64,000 nucleotides of DNA from Acidimicrobiales bacterium (GTDB taxonomy: Bacteria; Actinomycetota; Acidimicrobiia; Acidimicrobiales; RAAP-2): NCBI GenBank assembly GCA_025351385.1, contig JANXWA010000034.1, forward strand, positions 30,406 to 94,405, in the 5' to 3' direction. Both the position numbers and the translations under genes were made by a program. The notes under the pieces were generated by a model. That model had not been told where the DNA came from and made no database searches. It was given only the letters and a program-made list of their open reading frames with translations. This document shows positions 1 through 8,708 of this stretch, in pieces. Every line of letters begins with the position of its first letter. Positions within the stretch are counted from its first letter, which is position 1.

Positions 1-311
1 TAGGTGTTCTTGATGTCGTCGGGCAGGTCCTCCCAGCGGTTGACCTGGTGCTCGGTGGGCTTGATGTAGTAGTAGATGTCGTTGAAGTCGAGGTCGGGCA
101 TCCGGTCGGCGAACCAGGGCAGCATCGGCTTCTTCTCGAAACGCTTGAGGGCGTTGAGTCGAAAGTCCAGCATCCACGGCGATTCATTCTTGATACCGGA
201 CATCTCGCGAACGATGGCCTCATTGATACCCTTCTTCGGCTTGAAGACTGGTATCTGGTCGTCGGACCAGCCCAATTGGTACCGACTGAAATCCAGATTG
301 TCAACGGTCAT
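1..311 (-). CDS. sufB: Fe-S cluster assembly protein SufB, N-terminal part (runs off the window edge)
   Basis: Absent from the ORF track because it is truncated by the window. My reverse-strand translation from ATG 311-309 gives MTVDNLDFSRYQLGWSDDQIPVFKPKKGINEAIVREMSGIKNESPWMLDFRLNALKRFEKKPMLPWFADRMPDLDFNDIYYYIKPTEHQVNRWEDLPDDIKNT. This matches the conserved SufB N-terminal region. GAGGAG RBS 4 nt upstream. Confidence 0.85.
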   Translation of the reverse strand, partial: MTVDNLDFSRYQLGWSDDQIPVFKPKKGINEAIVREMSGIKNESPWMLDFRLNALKRFEKKPMLPWFADRMPDLDFNDIYYYIKPTEHQVNRWEDLPDDIKNT

Positions 312-393
312 CTCGCTCCTCTGGGATTATCCCTACGGTCATAGTACTAACTCATCGGTCCGTTCTGCCACCATTTACTGGCAGAGTGGAGCG

Positions 394-2580
394 GTGCCCA
401 CGCCCCCCACCGCCGCCCAGCGCCCCTTCGCCATCTTCCGACACGGTGACGTCCGCTCCGACCCCTACTACTGGCTCATGGACCGCGACGACCCGGAAGT
501 CGTCGCCCACCTGCGGGCCGAGAACGATTTCCTGGCCCAGGCGACTGCCCCACTGAAGCCGCTCGAGAACGAACTCTTCGAGGAGATCAAGGGGCGCATT
601 GAGGAGACCGACATCTCGGTGCCAGTGCGCCGGGGCGCGTGGTGGTACTTCGACCGGACTCGCGAGGGACTCAATTACCCGATTAGCTGTCGAGTCCCGG
701 CCTCGGGCGACGACCTGACCCCTCCGACAATCGACGCGGCGACCTCCCTCGACGGCGAGCAGGTCATCCTGGACGAGAATCTCGAGGCCGGCAACAGCGA
801 CTACCTCTCGGTCGGCGTTCTCGCCGTCAGCCCCGACGACTCGTGGGTGGCCGTCGGCACGGACTTCGAAGGCAACGAGCTGCACCGCCTCACGATTCGT
901 CCGCTGGCCGGACAAGCGCCACTGCCCGACGAGCTCGACGACGTCTACTACGGCTTCGCCTGGTCCAACGACAGCCGGCACTTCTTCTACACCCGCGTCG
1001 ACGACGCGATGCGGCCGTGGCAGCTCTGGCGTCACGAGCTCGGCACCGACGCGAGCGTCGACGCCCTGGTCTTCCAGGAGGACGACGCCCAGTACAGCCT
1101 CTCGGTGGGCCGCAGTCGCGACAACGCGATGATCGTGCTGCTCGCCGGCTCATCGATGACCTCCGAGGTGCACTACGTGCCGGCAGACGCGCCGAAGGGG
1201 CCTCTCACGATGCTCGAGGCGCGCCGCCACGGCATCGAGTACGGAGTCGAGCATTTCACCGACGGCCAGGATCGAGGTTGGTGGCTGAAGGTGACCAACG
1301 AGGGGGCGACCGACTTCCGCCTCGTGGTCCGGCCCGTCGCCGGAGGCGAGTGGCGAGAGGTCGTGGCGGAGCGCCCCGGTAATCGGCTGGACGGCGTCGA
1401 CGCGTTCGCCACGTTCCTCGCGCTCTCCGAACGCGACGAGGGCTGCGCCGCCGTGCGCATCGTGGCGATCCCGCCGGGCGACGACCCCTTCGCCGGCGAC
1501 CTGCTCGAGCGGTCGTCACTGGTCGAGGGCGACGTCCGTCCCAGCTCGGTGTGGGCCGCGCCGAGCCCCGACTACGACTCCAGCCAGCTTCGAGTGACGA
1601 TGACGTCGCTCGTGACGCCCCGCCTCGTCGCCGATGTCGTCGTTGCAACCGGCGAGCAGCTCGTGCGCAAGCAGCAGAAGGTCCTCGGAGGCTACGACGT
1701 GGCCGACTACGTGACCGGACGGCTGTGGGTGGAGGCGAGTGACGGCGTGGCGATACCGGTGTCGGTGGTGGCGCGCCGCGACGCCGTCGACGTCGGCGGC
1801 GCCGGCGATCTCGAGCCCCGTGGTCCGTCGCCGTTCCTGCTCTACGGCTACGGCAGCTACGAGATATCCATTGACCCGTCATTCTCGGCGTTGCGACTGT
1901 CGCTACTCGACCGAGGCGTGATATTCGCCATCGCCCACGTCCGTGGCGGCGGCGAGATGGGCCGCTCGTGGTACGAAATGGGCAAGCTCGCCCAGAAGCC
2001 GAGCACCTTCAGCGACTTCGTGGCCGTGGCGCGGTCACTGGTCGCCCGAGGCTGGACCACGCCCGACCAGCTGGCCGCGCGCGGCGACTCGGCCGGCGGC
2101 CTCTTGATGGGTGCCGTCATGAACCTGGCCCCCGAGCTCTTCCGCGCGGTCGTGGCCGAAGTGCCGTTCGTCGACGCGTTGACGACGATGCTCGACTCCT
2201 CGCTCCCCCTCACCGTCGGTGAGTGGGAGGAATGGGGCAATCCCGACGTCAGCGCGAGCGCCTATCGCACGATGAAGGGCTACTCGCCCTACGACAACGT
2301 CCGCGCCACCAGTGACGATGGGACGCCCCGCGTCTACCCCCACCTCTACGCCTCGGGCGGGCTCAACGACCCGCGCGTCGGATTCTGGGAGCCGGCCAAA
2401 TGGGTGCTGAAGCTGCGCGACTCCAATGCGGACAACGTCGCCTATTTGAAGACGGAGATGGGCGCCGGCCACGGCGGGCCGTCGGGGCGTTATGACGCGT
2501 GGCGCGACGAGGCCCAGGTCCTCGCGTGGGTGCTGAGCGAGATCAACCCAGCGCGGGCGACGCCACGAACGACAAGTTGA
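394..2580 (+). CDS. ptrB: Oligopeptidase B / prolyl oligopeptidase family serine protease (S9A)
   Basis: ORF 76..2580. Homology starts near FRHGDVRSDPYYWLMDRDDPEVVAHLRAEN; catalytic GDSAGG motif present. GTG at 394 chosen because the 76..393 extension overlaps the divergent sufB start region and has non-protein-like composition. Confidence 0.85.
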   Translation: MPTPPTAAQRPFAIFRHGDVRSDPYYWLMDRDDPEVVAHLRAENDFLAQATAPLKPLENELFEEIKGRIEETDISVPVRRGAWWYFDRTREGLNYPISCRVPASGDDLTPPTIDAATSLDGEQVILDENLEAGNSDYLSVGVLAVSPDDSWVAVGTDFEGNELHRLTIRPLAGQAPLPDELDDVYYGFAWSNDSRHFFYTRVDDAMRPWQLWRHELGTDASVDALVFQEDDAQYSLSVGRSRDNAMIVLLAGSSMTSEVHYVPADAPKGPLTMLEARRHGIEYGVEHFTDGQDRGWWLKVTNEGATDFRLVVRPVAGGEWREVVAERPGNRLDGVDAFATFLALSERDEGCAAVRIVAIPPGDDPFAGDLLERSSLVEGDVRPSSVWAAPSPDYDSSQLRVTMTSLVTPRLVADVVVATGEQLVRKQQKVLGGYDVADYVTGRLWVEASDGVAIPVSVVARRDAVDVGGAGDLEPRGPSPFLLYGYGSYEISIDPSFSALRLSLLDRGVIFAIAHVRGGGEMGRSWYEMGKLAQKPSTFSDFVAVARSLVARGWTTPDQLAARGDSAGGLLMGAVMNLAPELFRAVVAEVPFVDALTTMLDSSLPLTVGEWEEWGNPDVSASAYRTMKGYSPYDNVRATSDDGTPRVYPHLYASGGLNDPRVGFWEPAKWVLKLRDSNADNVAYLKTEMGAGHGGPSGRYDAWRDEAQVLAWVLSEINPARATPRTTS

Positions 2581-3382
2581 GCGTCGGCGGCAACGGCGAT
2601 GGGAATACGACCGGGCTGCCCCCGACGGTCACCGACGCGTTCTTGGGCGATCCCAGCGTGATGAATGAGTTGCCGGTCATCTGCAGCGACTCGCTCTTGC
2701 CGAGCGCGACCGTGCCCTGCCACTCCAAGGTGTTCGTCGCGCCCATGTGGTACACCGCCCACGAGGCGCCACGCGTCGCGGTGACCACAACCTGGTACTT
2801 CACCGCGGGCACCTGGTAGGTGGCGGTCTGGCCGCTCCTCGACGAGGGACTGAACGACGTCGGCCATGTCATCGAGGTCGTGGTCGTCGGCGCCCTCGTC
2901 GTGGTCGTCGTCGACGTCGAGCCGGGACCCTTCGCCTTGGCGGGGCCGTGCTGGATGTAGTAGCCGACGAACCCCACGACCACCGCCGCGACGAGCGCGA
3001 TCGCCACGACCCGAAGCCCCGAGTAGCGCAGGCTCGATCGCCGGGCCGATCGATTGAGCGCCCAGCTCTCGTTGTGGCGAAGCTGAGTGGGGCGCACGTC
3101 GTCGTACGTCGGCATCTGGGTCTCGCTGAAGACGTACTCGCGGTCGGGCTCAAGGCGTGGCCGCAGAGGTTCCGAGCGCTTCGTCGGGTCCACAAGCCCG
3201 TCGAGCAGGCGAAAACCCTTGGACGGCGCGTACGGCGACGGCGGCGGCGTCATGAGTCGGCGCTCGACGGGCCGGGACAGCTCTCGCATCTCGTCGCGGC
3301 GGAGCTTTCGCACCCGAAGTGCCGCCACGGCGAGGATCAATACGACCGCGACGATCGCGACGACCTTGATGAGGAGGTTCAT
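2543..3382 (-). CDS. Membrane protein with RodZ C-terminal-like (DUF4115-type) domain
   Basis: In ORF 2543..3775; ATG at 3382 begins MNLLIKVVAIVAVVLILAVAAL (TM1). A second TM, a Thr-rich linker, then a beta-rich C-terminus (ASWAVYHMG...ITLGSPKNASVTVGGSPV). Function inferred from that pattern only. Confidence 0.55.
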   Translation of the reverse strand: MNLLIKVVAIVAVVLILAVAALRVRKLRRDEMRELSRPVERRLMTPPPSPYAPSKGFRLLDGLVDPTKRSEPLRPRLEPDREYVFSETQMPTYDDVRPTQLRHNESWALNRSARRSSLRYSGLRVVAIALVAAVVVGFVGYYIQHGPAKAKGPGSTSTTTTTRAPTTTTSMTWPTSFSPSSRSGQTATYQVPAVKYQVVVTATRGASWAVYHMGATNTLEWQGTVALGKSESLQMTGNSFITLGSPKNASVTVGGSPVVFPSPLPPTLNLSFVASPALG

Positions 3383-3455
3383 CAGTGCCCTGACCGGCTG
3401 GCAACGGCGACGACCAGACTGTTCACAGAACGAAGCGTAGTGACGGCGACTCCCC

Positions 3456-3995
3456 CTAGGCGAGAACGCCGTATCCCCCGCGGTAGTAGACCAACGGGCT
3501 CCCGTCGTGACGGCGCACGTAGTCGACCGCCACCACGACGAGGTCGTGATCGCCGTGGGCCGTGACGTCGACCACGCTTCCCTCCAGGTGGGCGAGCGCC
3601 CCGTCGATGAGCGGCGCGCCACGGGGAGCGGGCGACCACGCAAGGTCGGCGAACTTGTCCCGACCGCTGGTCGCGAAGACGCGGGCCAGCCGTTCCTGAC
3701 GCGACTCCAGGATGTTGATCCCCACGGAATCGGCCCGGCGAACCTTCGGCCACGACGTGCTCGCAGTACTCGCACTGAACGAGATCAGCATCGGTTCGAG
3801 TGAGAGGGAACCGAAGGTCTGGCACGTGAAGCCGGCCAGACCGTCCGTTGACGAAGCGGTGACGACGACCACACCGGTCACGAAATGACCCGACACCTCC
3901 TTGAACCTCTCGACGTCGGGTGCGCTCACCTCGACGACCCTACCGGCCGCCCGTCGGTTGGGGTCCGTCGCCGACCAGTCGAACCCGACGCCCAT
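3456..3995 (-). CDS. Flavin reductase family protein (HpaC/NtaB-like)
   Basis: ORF 3456..4064. FKEVSGHFVTGVVVVTA...GFTCQTFGSLSLEPMLISF is typical of the flavin reductase domain. Start uncertain (internal ATG at 3995 chosen; still overlaps the mutY end). Confidence 0.7.
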   Translation of the reverse strand: MGVGFDWSATDPNRRAAGRVVEVSAPDVERFKEVSGHFVTGVVVVTASSTDGLAGFTCQTFGSLSLEPMLISFSASTASTSWPKVRRADSVGINILESRQERLARVFATSGRDKFADLAWSPAPRGAPLIDGALAHLEGSVVDVTAHGDHDLVVVAVDYVRRHDGSPLVYYRGGYGVLA

Positions 3996-4878
3996 GTCGC
4001 TCCACGAGTCCGTCAGCGACGAGGTCGTCCACGATCGACGAGTATCGCCCATACTCGACGTCATCGAGGCGAGCCCTCAACTCGACGTCGGTCCGCTCGC
4101 CCGAGCTAAGGACCGCGAGCACGCGTCCACGCACCTGGCGGTCCGATCCCACGAAGGACTTTTGCGGACGCGACACGCCGGCACTGCGTGGCGCGGGGTC
4201 GTCACCACCTTCGCGACGCCACCGGCACACTCGGGCCACCGGGCAGTCGTCGCATCGCGGGGACGATCGACAGAACTGGGCACCGAGGTCGAGCATCGAT
4301 TGGTTGAACGAAGCAACGTCCCTTCGCGGCAGCAGCGCGTGAGCGACGCTGCGCGCTTCGCGCGCACCGAGGGTACGGTTCTCGACGGCCCGTGCCAGGA
4401 CCCGTCCGACGTTGGTGTCAAGCACCGCGACCGGCCGCCCGAACGCGAAGGAGGCCACCGCGTTCGCGGTGTACTCGCCGACCCCGGGCAGGGATCGCAG
4501 GACGGGCACCTCCGAGGGCACGACGTCGCCGAACTCGTCACGGATGCGCCGGGCCGCCTCGTGCAGTGCCTTGGCGCGACGGTGATACCCGAGTCCGCCC
4601 CAGAGTCGAAGCACGTCGGCCAGCGGTGCGTCGGCGCACGCGCTCGCCGTCGGGAACGCGGCCACGAAGCGGCGCCACGGTTCGAGGACTCGCGACGTGG
4701 AGGTCTGTTGGAGCATGCACTCGCTCACCAGCACCGCCCAGGGATCGGGGTGCGCGATCCACGGGAGTGGACGGCTCAAACGGGGCGAGGCACGACGCAG
4801 CGCACGGCGGAACGTGGCGTCGTCGCTACTCCCAGACGCTGTCACCGTACGGACGGCGTCGCGCGGGGGCGAAGTCAT
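3940..4878 (-). CDS. mutY: A/G-specific adenine glycosylase (HhH-GPD, 4Fe-4S)
   Basis: LVSECMLQQT, LGYHRRAKALH, LPGVGEYTANAV and a C-X6-C-X2-C-X5-C cluster (CRSSPRCDDCPVARVC). Confidence 0.8.
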   Translation of the reverse strand: MTSPPRDAVRTVTASGSSDDATFRRALRRASPRLSRPLPWIAHPDPWAVLVSECMLQQTSTSRVLEPWRRFVAAFPTASACADAPLADVLRLWGGLGYHRRAKALHEAARRIRDEFGDVVPSEVPVLRSLPGVGEYTANAVASFAFGRPVAVLDTNVGRVLARAVENRTLGAREARSVAHALLPRRDVASFNQSMLDLGAQFCRSSPRCDDCPVARVCRWRREGGDDPAPRSAGVSRPQKSFVGSDRQVRGRVLAVLSSGERTDVELRARLDDVEYGRYSSIVDDLVADGLVERHGRRVRLVGDGPQPTGGR

Positions 4879-5338
4879 GCTTCCACACCATGACCTTTCG
4901 CCGGAAGTAGCAGACCTCGAGTCCGTTCTGGTTGAAGCCCTTCGTCTCGACGAGCACGACGCCGCGGTCCTCCTTGGACGTCGACGGGGTCTTGGCGAGC
5001 ACGCGCGTCTCGGCGTAGATGGTGTCTCCGTGGAACGTCGGGTGACGGTGGATCAGCGTCTCGACCTCCAGGTTCGCAATGGCCGAGCCGGAGACGTCGG
5101 GCACGCTCATGCCGAGCACCAGCGAGTAGACGAGGTTGCCGACGACGACGTTGCGCTGGTGGACCGTCTCGTGTTGGGCGAACCACGCGTTCGTGTGCAG
5201 CGGGTGGTGGTTCATCGTGATCATGCAGAACAGGTGATCGTCCGCCTCGGTGATGGTCTTGCCGGGCCAGTGCTTGTAGACGTCGCCCACCTCGAACTCC
5301 TCGAAGTGGCGGCCGAAGGGGCGGTCGTAAGAATTCAT
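4826..5338 (-). CDS. MaoC-like (R)-specific enoyl-CoA / mesaconyl-CoA-type hydratase, single hot-dog
   Basis: ORF 4826..5356; ATG at 5338. FEVGDVYKHWPGKTITEADDHLFCMITMNHHPLHTN is a MaoC dehydratase signature. Confidence 0.75.
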   Translation of the reverse strand: MNSYDRPFGRHFEEFEVGDVYKHWPGKTITEADDHLFCMITMNHHPLHTNAWFAQHETVHQRNVVVGNLVYSLVLGMSVPDVSGSAIANLEVETLIHRHPTFHGDTIYAETRVLAKTPSTSKEDRGVVLVETKGFNQNGLEVCYFRRKVMVWKHDFAPARRRPYGDSVWE

Positions 5339-5374
5339 GCTCGTAGTCTGCCCCAACCAATGGAGCGACGCGGT

Positions 5375-5815
5375 CTAAGCCTCTTCGGGCGCCTCCGCGG
5401 GAGGACGAGTCGTGAACGACACCGTCCCGCCGGGCAGGGAGTCCCCGTCGATCACCATGCGCCACGTGAAGCGCGACCCGGACTCCAGGGGGATCGGACC
5501 GAAGTTGACGGCGATGGGCACGTCGACCGGCGTGCCGACGGGCACCCCTTCAGGGGCGGTCGCCGAGAAGTCGCCTCGAACCTCGATCGGCTGGGGGCCT
5601 TCGGGGGTGTCGAAGCGCACGGGCTGGCCGTCGGCGTCCTCGAGGAAGAGCTCCCAGTGGTGGTTCGCGTTGAACTCGTGCCAGTCGACGCCGACCTTCA
5701 TCGCGACCGCCGAGGGCGTGGGGTCGGGACCGGTCACCGACCAGCCGCCGCCCAGGATATAGAGCTTGCCGTCGGCAACCTGAGCCGAGTCCGCGAGGAG
5801 CATCGTTACGTTCAC
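5375..5815 (-). CDS. Hypothetical protein
   Basis: 146-aa ORF with high GC3 and protein-like composition (LLADSAQVADGKLYILGGGW...). No function recognised. Confidence 0.55.
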   Translation of the reverse strand: MNVTMLLADSAQVADGKLYILGGGWSVTGPDPTPSAVAMKVGVDWHEFNANHHWELFLEDADGQPVRFDTPEGPQPIEVRGDFSATAPEGVPVGTPVDVPIAVNFGPIPLESGSRFTWRMVIDGDSLPGGTVSFTTRPPAEAPEEA

Positions 5816-5868
5816 CCGTACAGCCTAGGTCTCGGCCACCGGCGTCCCAGAGCCGATACATTTCACCT

Positions 5869-7458
5869 ATGCCAACGCCTCCCTTGGACATCACCACCGC
5901 GCACGAGCTCGTCGAACGGGCGCAGGGCGTCATCGACGGCGCGCTGCGCGAGCTGGCCTCGCGCGGCGGCGTGGATGAGAACCAGTCGCTCGCCTACGAC
6001 CTGGCCCACGCCGCCAGCGCCGTCACGGCCGCCCGGGCCTGTCTCGCCTACGCCGCGCGGGGCGACGTCGAAGCGCGGCTCGTCGCCGCGTTCCTGGCCC
6101 TCGCGCTCTCGGACCTCGCCACCCGGGTCCTCGGGCGTGAGCGGGCCTGGGGCGTGGCGAGCGACTGGTACGGGCCCTTCGCGGACTTCGTCGCCGCCTA
6201 CCGCGAGGCGTCGTTCCTGTCGACGCTCGCCGAAACGCCGGGACCGAGGCACCTGGGCGAGGACTTCGCGATGGTCGCCGACACGTTCCACCGCTTCGCC
6301 CTCGAGCAGGTCCGCCCCCACGCCGAGCACGTCCATCGCGCCAACGCCGACATCCCCGAGTCGATCATCGATGGTCTGGCCGACCTCGGCGGGTTCGGCC
6401 TGTCGGTGCCCGAGGAGTTCGGCGGCTTCGCCACCGGCGGCGAATCCGAGTACCTGGGCATGGTGGTGGCGACCGAGGAGCTGTCGTGGGGCGGGCTGGG
6501 CATCGGCGGATCGCTCATCACGAGGCCCGAGATCATGACGCGAGCCCTGGTGAAGGGCGGCACCCGCGAGCAGAAGCAGCGATGGCTCCCGCGCCTCGCC
6601 TCCGGTGAGGTCCTCGCCGCCATCGCGGTGACCGAACCGGACTTCGGCAGTGACGTCGCGGGCATCAACACCACGGCGACGGCGTCCGAGGGCGGCTGGC
6701 TGATCAACGGGACCAAGACGTGGTGCACGTTCGCGGCGCGCGCTGACGTGCTCGTCCTGCTCGCGCGCACCGACCCGGACCGCGCCGCCGCTCACCGTGG
6801 ACTGTCGCTGTTCCTCGTCGAGAAGCCCCGGGGCGACAGCCTCGGATTCCTCTTCACCCAAGAGGGCGGTGGCCGTCTCGAGGGCCGTCCAATCGACACG
6901 CTGGGCTACCGCGGCATGCACTCCTACGAGCTCAGCTTCGACCAGTGGCTCGTGCCCGACGACGACCTGGTCGGCGGCGAGGACGGACTCGGCAACGGCT
7001 TCTACTTCCAGATGGCGGGCTTCGAGAACGGTCGGATCCAGACGGCCGCCCGGGCGATCGGTGTGATGCAGGCGGCCTACGAGTCCGCCGTCGCCTACGC
7101 GCGCGATCGCGTCGTCTTCGGCGAACCGATCATTAACTACGAGCTCACCCGGGTCAAGCTCGGCACGATGGCCGCGATCATCCAGTGCGCCCGCCAGTTC
7201 TCGCTCGAGGTCGCGCGCCTGATGGGCGCCGGCGCCGGCGCCATGGAGGCGTCGATGGCCAAGGCCTACGTCTGTCGGGCGGCGGAGTGGGTCACGCGCG
7301 AGGCGATGCAGATCCACGGCGGCATGGGTTACGCCGAGGAGTATCCGGTCAGTCGCTACTTCGTCGACGCCCGCGTGCTCTCGATCTTCGAGGGCGCCGA
7401 CGAGACGCTCTGCTTGAAGGTGATCGCGCGCCGACTCCTCGACAACGCGGCGGTCTAG
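5869..7458 (+). CDS. Acyl-CoA dehydrogenase with ~150-aa N-terminal extension (methylsuccinyl-CoA dehydrogenase-like)
   Basis: 529 aa. ACAD core (AIAVTEPDFGSDVAG, TKTWCTF, IHGGMGYAEEYPVSRYFVDARVLSIFEG) preceded by a helical extension. TACATT-N6-ATG leaderless-type promoter geometry at 5857-5871. Confidence 0.85.
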   Translation: MPTPPLDITTAHELVERAQGVIDGALRELASRGGVDENQSLAYDLAHAASAVTAARACLAYAARGDVEARLVAAFLALALSDLATRVLGRERAWGVASDWYGPFADFVAAYREASFLSTLAETPGPRHLGEDFAMVADTFHRFALEQVRPHAEHVHRANADIPESIIDGLADLGGFGLSVPEEFGGFATGGESEYLGMVVATEELSWGGLGIGGSLITRPEIMTRALVKGGTREQKQRWLPRLASGEVLAAIAVTEPDFGSDVAGINTTATASEGGWLINGTKTWCTFAARADVLVLLARTDPDRAAAHRGLSLFLVEKPRGDSLGFLFTQEGGGRLEGRPIDTLGYRGMHSYELSFDQWLVPDDDLVGGEDGLGNGFYFQMAGFENGRIQTAARAIGVMQAAYESAVAYARDRVVFGEPIINYELTRVKLGTMAAIIQCARQFSLEVARLMGAGAGAMEASMAKAYVCRAAEWVTREAMQIHGGMGYAEEYPVSRYFVDARVLSIFEGADETLCLKVIARRLLDNAAV

Positions 7459-8666
7459 CTCGCTTCGTCGATGGTGAAGGGCCGGTGCACGGCGCCGAGC
7501 GTGATGCCCGCCGAGTGCAGGTCCAACCTCTCGCCCCGGGCCTGTTGGGCCCGAAGGGCGGCCCGCTCCCAGCGCTCCTCGACCCGTCCGTACTTCCAGT
7601 AGAGCAACGCGAAGGTCCACACGGCCACGAAGATCCCGACGATCGTGAAGCCGGCGCCGTTGATATTGAAGCTCGCGGCGTAGTTCCAGAGCCCACCGTG
7701 CAGGTTCAGTTGGCTCTGGAGCACCTGCATCAACTCAAGCGTGCCGATGTAGAAGGCGACGAACACGCTGAGCCCCGTGATCGCAATGTTGTAATAGACC
7801 TTGCGCACCGGCTTGGAGAAGGCCCAGCCGTAGGCGAAGTTCATGAACGACCCATCGATCGTGTCGAGCAGGCTCATCCCGGCCGCGAAGAGGACCGGCA
7901 GGCTGAGGATTGCCCAGAACGGCAGTCCCGCAGCCACTGACGTGCCCGCCAGGACGAGGAACGCGACCTCGGTCGCGGTGTCAAAGCCGAGCCCGAAGAG
8001 GACACCCAGCGGGTACATCTTCCACGGCATGTCGATCGAACGGGCGATCGGCCCGAAGAAGCGCATCATGAAGCCACGCGAGTTCAGGTGCTTCTCCAAC
8101 TCGGAGTCGTCGAAGCGGCCCTGGCGCATCTGGACGAAGAGTCGGACGATCCCCCACAGGATGATCAGGTTGAGCGTGGCGATCAAGTAGAGGAAGCTGC
8201 CCGAGACGATGGTGCCGACGAGGGTGCCGTAGTGGTGCAGCGGCGAATGGGTGTTGCGAACCTGACTACCGAGCGCCTTCGCGCCGAGTCCGAGCAGCAC
8301 CGTGAGGGCGAAGACCACCGATGAGTGACCGAGGGAGAAGAAGAAACCGACCGACATTGGTCGCTTGCCGTCGGCCATGAACTTGCGCGTGGTGTTGTCG
8401 ATCGCCGCGATGTGGTCGGCGTCGAAGGCGTGTCGCATGCCCAAGGTGTACGCCAGGACTCCCGTGCCGAGACCCAGCACGGATTTCGTTCCGACACCGT
8501 AGTGGTGGCGAGCCGCGAGGATCAAGAGGGTCCAACCGACGAGATGCAGCACCGCGATGAATCCGAACATGCCGTAGAGCTTGCGCCACTCGCCGGGCGT
8601 GAACGACGCGCGCACCCGGGAACGCCTGGTCGGACCTGGAGCGGTGACGGTCGCCATGACCGACAT
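7455..8666 (-). CDS. NiCoT (HoxN/HupN/NixA) family nickel/cobalt permease
   Basis: RHAFDADHIAAIDNTTRKF, FFFSLGHSSVV and LGFDTATEV signatures; multi-TM. Confidence 0.85.
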   Translation of the reverse strand: MSVMATVTAPGPTRRSRVRASFTPGEWRKLYGMFGFIAVLHLVGWTLLILAARHHYGVGTKSVLGLGTGVLAYTLGMRHAFDADHIAAIDNTTRKFMADGKRPMSVGFFFSLGHSSVVFALTVLLGLGAKALGSQVRNTHSPLHHYGTLVGTIVSGSFLYLIATLNLIILWGIVRLFVQMRQGRFDDSELEKHLNSRGFMMRFFGPIARSIDMPWKMYPLGVLFGLGFDTATEVAFLVLAGTSVAAGLPFWAILSLPVLFAAGMSLLDTIDGSFMNFAYGWAFSKPVRKVYYNIAITGLSVFVAFYIGTLELMQVLQSQLNLHGGLWNYAASFNINGAGFTIVGIFVAVWTFALLYWKYGRVEERWERAALRAQQARGERLDLHSAGITLGAVHRPFTIDEAS

Positions 8667-8708
8667 CTTAATCGGAAGGTTTCCTATTAACAGGTGAAAT
8701 TTTCGTGA

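Noticed and set aside
76-393. N-terminal 106-aa extension of the oligopeptidase B ORF.
   Set aside because: The extension overlaps the sufB coding start on the other strand, has non-protein-like composition, and homology only begins after the GTG at 394.
3383-3775. 131-aa N-terminal extension of the RodZ-like ORF (2543..3775).
   Set aside because: It is Arg/Ser/Thr/Trp-rich, overlaps the flavin reductase gene, and a clean ATG at 3382 opens directly into a TM helix.
5863-7620. Very long antisense or overlapping ORFs: 5863..7620(-) 585 aa, 13158..14489(-), 14702..15841(-), 26408..27670(-), 46088..47512(-) 474 aa, 57008..58201(+), 58451..59776(+), 3901..4893(+), 61384..62148(+) and others.
   Set aside because: Each lies opposite or out of frame to a gene with clear family motifs. 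Each is Arg/Gly/Asp/His-rich with no recognisable domain. This is the expected stop-codon-poor artefact of a high-GC genome.
8667-8708. AT-rich spacer with inverted repeat ATcGGAA-ggt-TTCCtAT upstream of the Ni/Co permease, as a possible metal-regulator operator.
   Set aside because: The arms are short and imperfect, and I see no match to operator consensus sequences I know (Nur, NikR, ArsR/SmtB types). It is too weak to call.
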